IMG/VR virus record: IMGVR_UViG_3300023275_000004
Span: 32,001-96,000 of that record
Strand: one strand, 5' to 3'
DNA: 64,000 nt
Origin: a virus
Lineage: Duplodnaviria; Caudoviricetes
Part shown: positions 28,501 through 37,013 of the stretch, piece after piece
How the letters are laid out: every line of letters starts with the position of its first letter
How positions within the stretch are numbered: position 1 is the stretch's first letter
Made by a program: the position numbers and the translations under genes
The notes under the pieces: model-generated
Databases searched by the model: none
Told to the model about the DNA's origin: nothing
The model's input: the letters and a program-made list of their open reading frames with translations, nothing else

Positions 28501-28845
28501 TCACTCCGGAGTGTCAAGCTCTTCTTCGATACCGACTGTACGTCTCAGTTCATCTACGAAGGGCTGTAGACGTTCATCCTCCTGGTCAGAATTTTCCATA
28601 AAGTGCGCCAAAGCATCAGCTAGAGCATTTAATTTCAATCTAGTAGCTTCGTCAACACCAGCACTCTTAGCTGCTTGGTAAGAGGAGATGTGTCCTACAA
28701 AGTTGGCGTAGATAGAGACCATGACAACAAACGTAATAGAATTTTTCCATAGAGTTACCCCTGGAATGACAAGTAAGGCCCACAAGCCCGAAAGAGCTAG
28801 GTGGACCTTAATTGCTGTCATATGTCTAGCATAAAAGAGTCTCAT
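28501..28845 (-). CDS. Membrane protein
   Basis: Two TM helices and an acidic tail. Confidence 0.65.
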   Translation of the reverse strand: MRLFYARHMTAIKVHLALSGLWALLVIPGVTLWKNSITFVVMVSIYANFVGHISSYQAAKSAGVDEATRLKLNALADALAHFMENSDQEDERLQPFVDELRRTVGIEEELDTPE

Positions 28846-28852
28846 ACACTAC

Positions 28853-29479
28853 CTATCGGTAGCGAGGGTAGTTCCTGTTAGGTAAGCCTGACCTGCGCTG
28901 AAGCTTTCTTTCTGAATTGTAGTGTCTGAGCATGACCTTCTCATAAAATTCATAGAACGATCCTACTCGTCTACGGTACTCGCCTGGCCCGTTTTGATTA
29001 TAGGGACGATCAACTAAGTAAGCTTCTACTCCTACTGCCTCTAGAGCATCATAGTTTTTGAGGTTATCTTCAAGAAAAATATCTGTGGGAACTGAAGTCT
29101 TATCCTTGGTAAATGTCAAGCTATCATATTCTATGCCGACAGACTCAAAAAAGTGCTTCGTAGCTTCCTCTGAAGATAACTGTTTTCCAGAGAACCTGTT
29201 AGTTACGATATGAATCGTATTCCCAGCCGCTCTCATATGACGAATGTAGTCAGGAATATTGTCGTCGTATAGCTCTCCTTGCCAGAACAGCTTTTTGCTG
29301 TCTACCAGATCGTCCATATGACTGCAAAACTCTTCAGCGGTATATCCGTACTTAGTGAAGTAGTCCCATACCTCAGGGTGGCTCTCAACCTCTACTTCGT
29401 GTCCTAGGCTAGCTAGGTGCTCGTTATACACACTGAAAAATTTATACAGCACTCCGTCAGAATCTAGCCCTACTCTCAA
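28853..29479 (-). CDS. HAD-family 5'(3')-deoxyribonucleotidase
   Basis: DSDGVL, IVT.R, K, LEDN, RPYN. Confidence 0.85.
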   Translation of the reverse strand: MRVGLDSDGVLYKFFSVYNEHLASLGHEVEVESHPEVWDYFTKYGYTAEEFCSHMDDLVDSKKLFWQGELYDDNIPDYIRHMRAAGNTIHIVTNRFSGKQLSSEEATKHFFESVGIEYDSLTFTKDKTSVPTDIFLEDNLKNYDALEAVGVEAYLVDRPYNQNGPGEYRRRVGSFYEFYEKVMLRHYNSERKLQRRSGLPNRNYPRYR

Positions 29480-29488
29480 GATTTCTCC

Positions 29489-29728
29489 TTAATCAATGAC
29501 TGGCTTTCCTTCAAGGAATCGCTGAACGTCTGAGGTGTAATAAACCCAGCCATGCGGCCCGCATCCTGATGGCTCGTAGGTCGAGGCTTCATGGTCATAT
29601 TGGTAGCCGTTGCACTCGGTGAAAGTTTGACCGCGCATCCAACAGAAAAACTCTTTCTTCAACTCAGGACTAAAAATATCTCCGAGTTGACTGTAGGGGT
29701 AGCCAAGCTTACAAATTGGTGCCTGCAT
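29489..29728 (-). CDS. Hypothetical protein
   Basis: GGAGG RBS. Confidence 0.65.
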   Translation of the reverse strand: MQAPICKLGYPYSQLGDIFSPELKKEFFCWMRGQTFTECNGYQYDHEASTYEPSGCGPHGWVYYTSDVQRFLEGKPVID

Positions 29729-29804
29729 ACTTCCTCCAAAGTAAAACGCCCTTACCGATAAGTCAAAGACTATCAGGAAGGGCGCTACATGTCAAACTGG
29801 AAAG

Positions 29805-29880
29805 GGTGACTGACGAGATTTGAACTCGCGGTCTCTAGGGTCACAACCTAGCGCTTTAACCAGACTAAGCTACAGCCACC
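29805..29880 (-). tRNA. tRNA-His(GTG) with encoded G-1
   Basis: Loop TTGTGAC; G-1:C73. Confidence 0.92.
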
Positions 29881-29973
29881 ATTCGGAAATTCCTCGGTGC
29901 CAGTTCACCATAGGAGAAATTTCCTTTGTCTCTGGTCTTCTACTAGAGGATGTGAAACCTCCAACCAGCTACG

Positions 29974-30047
29974 CTGCCCGACTAGGACTCGAACCTAGAA
30001 ACACCGGAGTCAAAGGCCGGGGACTTTGCCAATTCGTCTACCGGGCA
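29974..30047 (-). tRNA. tRNA-Gln(TTG)
   Basis: Loop CTTTGAC. Confidence 0.9.
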
Positions 30048-30205
30048 TAGTGTCCGACCATCGAAATAATCCAGTATCAAGCTAGCCTCACTTGACTTAA
30101 ATCATTCGGAGGGGGCATGTCGTCTCGCACCTATTCCCTCATTTTATATGAAATTAGCTGTGCGCTAAGCACATTTAAGAGATTGCCTTTCCCACTACTT
30201 TCAAG

Positions 30206-30277
30206 CTCTCCGACCTGGACTCGAACCAAGATTAAGGGATTCAGAGTCCCTTGTGCTACCCATTACACTATCGGAGA
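30206..30277 (-). tRNA. tRNA-Gln(CTG)
   Basis: Loop CTCTGAA. Confidence 0.92.
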
Positions 30278-30564
30278 ATAAAGACTTTAAGGCTTTCATC
30301 TGTGCGGTGGCTGCTGTGCGAAGCTTTGGACACTTCGTTACCAGAATGACGTTTAATGAAGGGCTGCTATCCTTCAGAAAACCAGCCTAATGCGAGCAGT
30401 TGACGGCTACCCATGTGCTAATCGCCTTGTAGTCCTAGCTGCTATCCAGTGACTCCATCTAAATGAGAATGAGTTTGCTAGCAGGCTAAATAATAAGCGC
30501 CTTGTAAGCCCACCGAAGGGTAGCTAATCCTCCTGTACTTACATCCCCTCTTATTATTATCGCG

Positions 30565-30637
30565 TCGGGTATGAAGGACTCGAACCTTCCGCCTCCGGAC
30601 TCCAAGACCGGCCGTCTTCCCCATGACCTAATACCCG
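30565..30637 (-). tRNA. tRNA-Pro(TGG), variant with A37
   Basis: CGG/CCG-A acceptor; loop CTTGGAG. Confidence 0.8.
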
Positions 30638-30655
30638 GTAAACCTTATAAGTACG

Positions 30656-30729
30656 TCGGGATGACAGGATTTGAACCTGCGACATCTTGCTCCCAAAGCA
30701 AGCGCGCTACCAAACTGCGCCACATCCCG
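30656..30729 (-). tRNA. tRNA-Pro(TGG)
   Basis: Canonical; loop TTTGGGA. Confidence 0.93.
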
Positions 30730-30735
30730 ATTGTA

Positions 30736-30810
30736 AGCAATCAGTAGGACTCGAACCTACAACCCCCGGCTTACCATGCCCGGCGCTCTGCCTTTGAGGC
30801 GTACAACTGC
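30736..30810 (-). ncRNA. Atypical tRNA (Thr-GGT-like or Pro-derived)
   Basis: Canonical T arm; G:U-rich extended acceptor; bulged anticodon stem. Confidence 0.6.
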
Positions 30811-30830
30811 TTACATGCTTAATACTACTC

Positions 30831-31130
30831 TTACTCTGTACCTTCTGTCAACTCTTCATCCGTAAGAAGCTTTGGACTCAGAATGTTTGTGTACTCATGC
30901 CAAGCCTGCGAGATAGCAAAATATGTTAGCAGGATGTCAATAACTATCCAAAATTCTCGGGTCAGAACAAAATATCTAGTTGGAGGAAAAAACACATCCC
31001 ACACTAACGAAAGTGTCCAACACACAGTCCAGAAGATATTCCACTTGATAGCTCTACGCTGTTTCGGAGAAATAAACTTCCATTGAATCTTAGCCCGAGC
31101 TAGATTCCATTCGACTGCGGTCTTTACCAT
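30831..31130 (-). CDS. Membrane protein
   Basis: Two TM helices. Confidence 0.65.
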   Translation of the reverse strand: MVKTAVEWNLARAKIQWKFISPKQRRAIKWNIFWTVCWTLSLVWDVFFPPTRYFVLTREFWIVIDILLTYFAISQAWHEYTNILSPKLLTDEELTEGTE

Positions 31131-31768
31131 GGCAGGCAGACTCCCTTAGTAGTGCAAGTGAGTAGACCCATGTGAGTATAGTAGTTCAAGCAAGAAAACA
31201 CTAGGAAGAAAACTCCAACTGTATTCCAACCATATCTAACTAACTTAATAAGTGTTCCATCGGTTACTGTAAAAGGAAGAGCCAGACAAGATAGTGCTGC
31301 AATTAGGTAGATAATTCCAAAGGTTGTATTTTCCCAGCCATGGAACTGTCCAGAAATTGGCTCCATCGAAGGAGCGTCACCAACTACATTAAATCTGAAA
31401 ATTGCTGCGGAGCAAGATAACAACATTAGACCAACTGCTGCGACTATCCAAATGAAAACTCTACCATTGATTTTAATCCTTCTAGTGGAATTTACTACTA
31501 GGAAGGTACCACCAGTGATTGCTAACATCCCAAGAATCAAACTTGGTTCCGCAAAAAGAATGTTGATCGGTAGATTTACCTTAAGGGGCCAAGTTGTTGC
31601 CATAAGAAAAGATAACACCGTTAGTGGCACTCCAGCAACAAGTAGTCCGTATCCATGAACTGTAGAAGAAAGCCTTTCAAAAGATCCTTGCGAAAGCTTT
31701 AGAATGTTTGATGTGATTAGTAGCACAAGCGCTGCGCAAAATCCCATCATGGTATTGTAAAGAATCAT
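31124..31768 (-). CDS. DUF981-like multi-pass membrane protein
   Basis: YNTMM, TWPL, NILFAEP, EPISG motifs. Confidence 0.7.
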   Translation of the reverse strand: MILYNTMMGFCAALVLLITSNILKLSQGSFERLSSTVHGYGLLVAGVPLTVLSFLMATTWPLKVNLPINILFAEPSLILGMLAITGGTFLVVNSTRRIKINGRVFIWIVAAVGLMLLSCSAAIFRFNVVGDAPSMEPISGQFHGWENTTFGIIYLIAALSCLALPFTVTDGTLIKLVRYGWNTVGVFFLVFSCLNYYTHMGLLTCTTKGVCLPW

Positions 31769-31799
31769 AGTTTTCTGCTCTCTTTCAATTTTACTAACG

Positions 31800-31875
31800 T
31801 GGTGAGTACAGGAATCGAACCTGTGAACCTCTCGGGTTTCAACCGAGCGCTCTGACCAGTCTGAGCTAACTCACC
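31800..31875 (-). tRNA. tRNA-Phe(GAA)
   Basis: Loop TTGAAAC. Confidence 0.92.
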
Positions 31876-31966
31876 ATTACTGGTAGTTGTAGCGGTCCGC
31901 CTTCCTATCTACCAGTATCCCTTAACTCAAGTCGATAAGCGGACATGTGAACTTGAGCTTACAGCG

Positions 31967-32038
31967 TAGAGCTAGAGGGAATTGAACCCTCACTACGAGA
32001 TTGAAAGCCTCGCGTCCTAGCCATTAAACGATAGCTCC
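31967..32038 (-). tRNA. tRNA-Glu(TTC)
   Basis: Loop CTTTCAA. Confidence 0.9.
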
Positions 32039-32622
32039 AAGGCTGTGCGGAAACTTACCCGCACATTTTTATTACTAGCAGAAAGCTAGAAAGATAGTCA
32101 CAGCAACAAAAACAATAAATATTACTGTAAACCAATTGAAAGGAGATGGGTACTCGCCGTCCCTTTTTTTCTTCTCTTCTTCCCACTCGTTACTCATCAG
32201 AATAGCCCTAGAAATCTAGCACCGTGCTCATGCATCTGCCAGAAAAACCAGGCTGCAAAGAGCATCCAAAGTACAAAAAGAACGGTGCCCAGCTTAGTTC
32301 CACCCTTTTTTGCTTCTCGCGCCATATTTCCTCCTAAGATAGATTCCTGAAAGTATTCTTACCTCAGCCAGGAAAACCGGGCTGCGACATCATCGCAACG
32401 ACGAAGAGGACGAGCATGATGATAAAGATTGCAAACAGTACATTCTTCATTTTGTTCTCCTTGGATCGATGTGTGTTTTGCTTATGTAATAACTCTAGCA
32501 TAGCCTAATTCATGATCGCAAGTCCTGATTTTGAGTATAAAAAAGCGCAGTATTGGCACGGCACTGCGCAGCCGCTCAGGAATCTAAAAATAGGGAGGAG
32601 TACCTATTCTTAAACTTTACCG

Positions 32623-32696
32623 TACTCCATGAGGGATTTGAACCCTCGATCTCCTGATTGAGAATCAGACGTGTTCGGCCACTACACTAATGGAGC
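32623..32696 (-). tRNA. tRNA-Glu(CTC)
   Basis: Loop TTCTCAA. Confidence 0.9.
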
Positions 32697-32710
32697 ATAA
32701 ATTTATTGCG

Positions 32711-32792
32711 TGCTGGTAACGAGACTCGAACTCGTACGTCACTAGGACGGGAGATTTTAAGGCTCCTGTGTCTGCCATTCCACCATACCAGC
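32711..32792 (-). tRNA. tRNA-Leu(TAA)
   Basis: Loop CTTAAAA, variable arm. Confidence 0.9.
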
Positions 32793-32894
32793 TTGTCGAC
32801 GGTTTTCCAGAGCGACCATAGAGGCGTACCTCACAGGTTGCAGCTACATTATGCTCTGAGGGAACCGTCGTGAAACCCAGGTAAGTAAATTGTA

Positions 32895-33086
32895 TTAAAT
32901 ATCCATAGCGTACTCATGTTCGCACTCGTCACATAACCACATCGGAGTGCTATCTCCATGGATCTCTTCCTCGAAAGGATCTGATCTCCACTCGATCATG
33001 TTACCTTCTGTGAAGTCATTCCAGCCCTTACGAACCGGATAAATTTTATCACAGAAGCCAGCACACTTACGGTGTAGATATTTCAT
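32895..33086 (-). CDS. Small Zn-binding hypothetical protein
   Basis: C...C, DPF..EI.GD, CDEC; GAGGAGG RBS. Confidence 0.65.
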   Translation of the reverse strand: MKYLHRKCAGFCDKIYPVRKGWNDFTEGNMIEWRSDPFEEEIHGDSTPMWLCDECEHEYAMDI

Positions 33087-33139
33087 TTTTCCTCCTCAGA
33101 TTAGAGACAATCTGAGTCAACAACTTGAGAAGGAAAAGT

Positions 33140-33219
33140 TGGTCTGAAGGTATGGACATAACCCCATACGTTTCCGCCCCCAACGGGCGGCGGTAATTGT
33201 ATCTCTAGCCTACTTCAGA
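33140..33219 (-). ncRNA. Cloverleaf-like RNA with non-canonical loops, ending ACCA
   Basis: CTGAAG/CTTCAG-A-CCA; CCGCCC/GGGCGG and GTATGG/CCATAC arms. Confidence 0.55.
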
Positions 33220-33220
33220 G

Positions 33221-33302
33221 TGCTCCTAACAGGACTCGAACCTGCACGCCTCTCGGCATGGCGTTCTAAGCGCCACGTGTATGCCAATTTCACCACAGGA
33301 GC
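33221..33302 (-). tRNA. tRNA-Leu(TAG)
   Basis: Loop CTTAGAA. Confidence 0.92.
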
Positions 33303-33361
33303 TTGGTAGGAGAGGTCTTTCAACCTCTCGCTACAACTATCTTACACTATTACTGCCTAAC

Positions 33362-34396
33362 TTAGCAACTACCAGGACCACCATAGCGGATTGTGCGAGT
33401 GCTTTGAACAGGCGGAGTAGCCGTACTGTTCTGACGGAATCCCTGATACCAAGTTGGCTGAGTAGCAAAAGCATTCAGCACAACATTAGTTGATGGCTGC
33501 CCCGAATACGTAACGTTCGATAGACGCGCGCCAGCAGTAGGAGTAGCCATTACAGGTGTAGGACCAAGACCCATATCAGCACAGGTAGCTGGTGTTCCAG
33601 CGGCAACCTCACCAAAGGTCTGGAAAAAGTCTACCTGCTTGAACGTAGTTACACTAGGAGTAGCACCTGTCCAGATAGTATCTGGAAAATTACCAATCCA
33701 GTCAGCTGTGCCATCGTTTGGACCAAAACCAATCCACCAAGCTGTAGCAGTGCGCTCAATCTGGAAGACCATCTCAGTGTTAGCGTTGGCATAAGCAGTA
33801 AGATCAGCGCCAGCGTTGAACGTAGTATTGGCAGCGTTATCAACCCAACCACAACCATTGTAGCATGTTTCCTGACCATTTACCCAATGATAAACAAAAA
33901 GACGAACTTTGTTGTCACCATTAGTTGACTGATCACGGGTTACACCAACCTCAACAGCTTGCTGCTCGTCTGCTGACTGCACAGCATCTTCGTTAAGAGT
34001 ATGATAATCCCAAGTTGGATTGATATACGGTGTACTTACTGTGTTCAGTGAGGACACTCCTGTGGGAGGAGTAGTTGGCCTCTGCTTTCCACCAGCGTAA
34101 ATATAACTTACTGCCCCAGGAGTCCTCTTTGCACGTAAATGTGAAGGTGGCACAGGAGGTCTTCCCTTTGCCCCAGACCCTGTAGTTTTTGCAAATGCGG
34201 CGCTAGGATCTCCACTGATGACCTTTCCGGCCTTAGCTGGATCTCCCTTTGGGATAGGGATAGAAATCCCGACCCTAGTAGTGTCACTAGCCGCTGCTTG
34301 AGCTGCTGTGGGTACTGCCTGTGCCGGGGATACCCCGATAGTAAGCGAAGCTAGCAAAGTAAGTCCTGCTAGTGCTCCCATAAAACGATTTTTCAT
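33362..34396 (-). CDS. Secreted neprosin-family (DUF239) glutamic prolyl endopeptidase
   Basis: Signal peptide, pro-region, AVEVG, RLFVYHW, CYNGCGWV, IGNFP..IW, FGEV, DMG motifs; start revised to MKNRF. Confidence 0.85.
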   Translation of the reverse strand: MKNRFMGALAGLTLLASLTIGVSPAQAVPTAAQAAASDTTRVGISIPIPKGDPAKAGKVISGDPSAAFAKTTGSGAKGRPPVPPSHLRAKRTPGAVSYIYAGGKQRPTTPPTGVSSLNTVSTPYINPTWDYHTLNEDAVQSADEQQAVEVGVTRDQSTNGDNKVRLFVYHWVNGQETCYNGCGWVDNAANTTFNAGADLTAYANANTEMVFQIERTATAWWIGFGPNDGTADWIGNFPDTIWTGATPSVTTFKQVDFFQTFGEVAAGTPATCADMGLGPTPVMATPTAGARLSNVTYSGQPSTNVVLNAFATQPTWYQGFRQNSTATPPVQSTRTIRYGGPGSC

Positions 34397-34425
34397 ATCG
34401 TTCCCTTTCGACGCCGTTGTTGGCG

Positions 34426-34508
34426 TGCCGATGACAGGAGTCGAACCTGCACTTCCTTTCGGAAACAACGTTCTTAGCGTTGCGTGTCTACCATTTCACC
34501 ACATCGGC
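34426..34508 (-). tRNA. tRNA-Leu(AAG)
   Basis: CAACG-CTAAGAA-CGTTG; Leu-type D and variable arms. Confidence 0.88.
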
Positions 34509-34778
34509 GTTTCCCGGTTAACTTTGACCTTAATCCAGCACCGGACCGACTGGGATCAACTATTTTACTAACTATGAAATAAAAGTTGAGGCTCAGTATG
34601 CATCTTTACCTCACTACGCCTGTCAGTACTCTTGCAGATCTCGTAGACTTTTAAAACAAAATTAGCGCCGAGAAAGAGGGTTGCAACTTCCCTAGCCTGC
34701 ATTGCACAGCATAGAGACCTTTTTCTCTGAAAAAAAGCCAGTGCTCAGCCCTAACCTGTTAGATACACTCTTTTCTTG

Positions 34779-34854
34779 TTGCGGAGGGAGGATTTGAACC
34801 TCCGATTTCCAGCTCATGACGCTGGCGAGAACGACCGAACTTCTCTACCCCGCT
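34779..34854 (-). tRNA. Initiator-like tRNA-Met(CAT)
   Basis: 1-72 mismatch and GCGGGG acceptor; lacks the 3 G-C anticodon-stem pairs. Confidence 0.8.
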
Positions 34855-35023
34855 AAGACCTTTAATACTATCGGACTAACCTTACTCTGTCAACTGCTTC
34901 AGACGCTCTACCTCAGCTAGAAGAACTCTAACATGATAGACAGCAGTATTTTTGTCAAGCTTGTCTGTCTGTGAGTAGTAAGCGTATTTTTGACTGATTT
35001 TTTCTAGCTCTTCATTAGTCACG

Positions 35024-35095
35024 TCCTGATGAGTGGAATCGAACCACCTCATGCCGGGATATGAATCCGGGGCTCTACCAGTGAGCTACATCAGG
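35024..35095 (-). tRNA. tRNA-Met/Ile2(CAT)
   Basis: Loop TTCATAT. Confidence 0.85.
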
Positions 35096-35332
35096 TAAAA
35101 GAGAGATAAACCACCAACCTAACATCTCTCTCAATGTCTGCTCCGCGCTAGATATCAGCTTAGCAGACGTTCCCTCATATTACTACTCTCCTAAGTTTTT
35201 CTTAGGCATCTGCGTCAAGTATAACGCGGTTTGAGCGGGACCGCAAACCCGACCTGAGCTTCACCCTAGGCAAGTGCTTGACAAATTTCCAGGTCTCTTC
35301 GCCAAGACAGTAACTTTTTCACCTTCGTTACG

Positions 35333-35410
35333 TGGACTATACGGGACTCGAACCCGTGAACCTCCTGCAAAATCAGGTGTTGTTCGCCGACCTTCTCAAC
35401 TTTATTGCCC
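35333..35410 (-). ncRNA. tRNA-Ala-like RNA (G3:U70) with degenerate anticodon arm
   Basis: GGGC/GTCC-A acceptor; canonical T arm; 4-bp stem with 6-nt loop. Confidence 0.7.
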
Positions 35411-35411
35411 G

Positions 35412-35492
35412 TGGAGCTGTAGGGAGTCGAACCCTAGTCCTTCACCGTTCCGACGTGCGGCTTTCTAGTGAAGTCGAATACCGTCCAGCCCC
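35412..35492 (-). ncRNA. Mini tmRNA-like RNA (tRNA-like domain only)
   Basis: GGGGCTG-GACGGTATTCGAC 5' end; GGAC-TAGGGTTCGACTCCCTA-CAGCTCCA 3' end; only a short capped helix between them. Confidence 0.8.
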
Positions 35493-35728
35493 TCAGCTAC
35501 AGCAGGAACCTTATTCCCTACGGTACTGTAGCACTACCGATCCACCCGATGCTAGCTGCCCTGCCCTTAGGCTCTGGTGGATAGGGCACTAAAACCTAGA
35601 TAGTCTCGGAAGACATCTAGGAACTAGTGTGAATGAGAAAACAGGCCCTACCTGCATTTAATCCTAAGTTTTGGAGGCTTAGACTTCCTCGCTCACAAGA
35701 ACTACTTTACACTAACTGCCTAGCTCTG

Positions 35729-36613
35729 TCAAGCTACCGAAAGCTTAGTAGAAGCTAGGGCAGACTTCACGGCAGCAAGAACATCTTCCTTAGAAGCTGC
35801 CTTGTCTACTGGAAGCTTAGCTACTACCGCAGAAGCTAGCGCGCTAACAAATGCTGGGTTATTAGCGATTGCTGCTCCCAATGCTACCTCATCAACATCT
35901 ACGCCACTAAGTGCAGCTACGGCTGTCTTGAGAGTAGCAACGTCGGTTGCTAGCGCACTCAAGGCTGCTGGTAGTGCATTAAGACGATAGCTGATCAAGG
36001 TCTTAGCCTGCCACTCAGGATTAGCTGGATCTCCTGAAGGCATGTAGTCAATATCCCATACTGCCTTTGCAATGTCCTGTGCTGATGGCATATCCTCATC
36101 TCCCAAATACTCTTCTAGCGTCTGACCCTTTAGAACTGACAGAATGGCATCCATTGCTTTTCTATCATTTACGTACCTTCTACGAACTTCTAGGTGTACG
36201 TGCCATTTATGGTCATCGCTAGCTGTGCCTACTGTTCCAGTAACTACGTCGTAGCGCCCCGGACTTCCATTTCCGTCCCAGCCATTCCAAGCGTTAATGT
36301 ACTTCATACGCTCATCTGTGGCTCTGTTCTGCCAAGCTGCTTTCAATCTTGCGTGACACTTTTTCATGTCCGTCAAGTTAAGCGTCATATCTACGGCCGA
36401 GGCCATATTTCTAGGCCAGTCACCAGGAGGAGCCTTGTCATCTTTTCTGGTTACTGAGTAGTTATCAGAAGGCTGATCCTGAATTGAGATATGATAGCCG
36501 CCTCTAGCGGCATGAGCTGCGTCTCCTACGATTCCAGAGATCGCGGCAGAGGGATAAAGTTTCTCCCATTCATTTGACAGATAAACTAATTGTGCTGGTG
36601 CTGCTGTTGACAT
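35729..36613 (-). CDS. Endolysin (Zn peptidase-type catalytic domain plus helical C-terminus)
   Basis: SGIVGDAAH, GGYH, ASAVD, H.WHVH motifs of actinomycete phage lysins. Confidence 0.75.
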   Translation of the reverse strand: MSTAAPAQLVYLSNEWEKLYPSAAISGIVGDAAHAARGGYHISIQDQPSDNYSVTRKDDKAPPGDWPRNMASAVDMTLNLTDMKKCHARLKAAWQNRATDERMKYINAWNGWDGNGSPGRYDVVTGTVGTASDDHKWHVHLEVRRRYVNDRKAMDAILSVLKGQTLEEYLGDEDMPSAQDIAKAVWDIDYMPSGDPANPEWQAKTLISYRLNALPAALSALATDVATLKTAVAALSGVDVDEVALGAAIANNPAFVSALASAVVAKLPVDKAASKEDVLAAVKSALASTKLSVA

Positions 36614-36900
36614 CAGTAATCCTCCCCCGCTCTAGGATGCGAACGCACTTCATAGTTGTTCTCTTCCATGGCACGACGGATGTTGTACTGCTCTTCCTGA
36701 CTCCACTGAAGTACCTGAGGCTCAGAACCTCTTACTGAGAAATTTTTCTTCTCAAGATCCCAATCGTAGATCCACATCTGTCCTCTTGGCCTGTCAATAA
36801 TGACAATGCCCTTTGGGTAGTCAGTAGTTAAAACTTCTCCTGCCATCGGTCCACCTACGGCTAGGCCGGTGTAGAGACTCTTGGATGGAAAAACGGTCAT
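36613..36900 (-). CDS. Hypothetical protein (start MTVFP)
   Basis: Coupled to the lysin start. Confidence 0.6.
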   Translation of the reverse strand: MTVFPSKSLYTGLAVGGPMAGEVLTTDYPKGIVIIDRPRGQMWIYDWDLEKKNFSVRGSEPQVLQWSQEEQYNIRRAMEENNYEVRSHPRAGEDY

Positions 36901-37013
36901 AACTATCACCCAATCTTGGTTAATTTCTACGCTATTTATTACTAGACGATAGACACAAAAAAAGCGCAGGACTCCAACCATAAATACAATCGGGTCCTGC
37001 GCTTGCCATGTTC

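Noticed and set aside
34397-34468. N-terminal extension of the neprosin ORF; likewise ORFs 42869-43117, 43759-43986 and 48687-48902
   Set aside because: They run through tRNA genes
35540-35590. HDV-like/theta ribozyme
   Set aside because: P1/P2-like pseudoknot is present but there is no room for P3/L3 and no clear catalytic J4/2
35333-35728. Circularly permuted two-piece tmRNA
   Set aside because: The 5' and 3' TLD strands are in normal order and only about 30 nt apart; no tag ORF was identified
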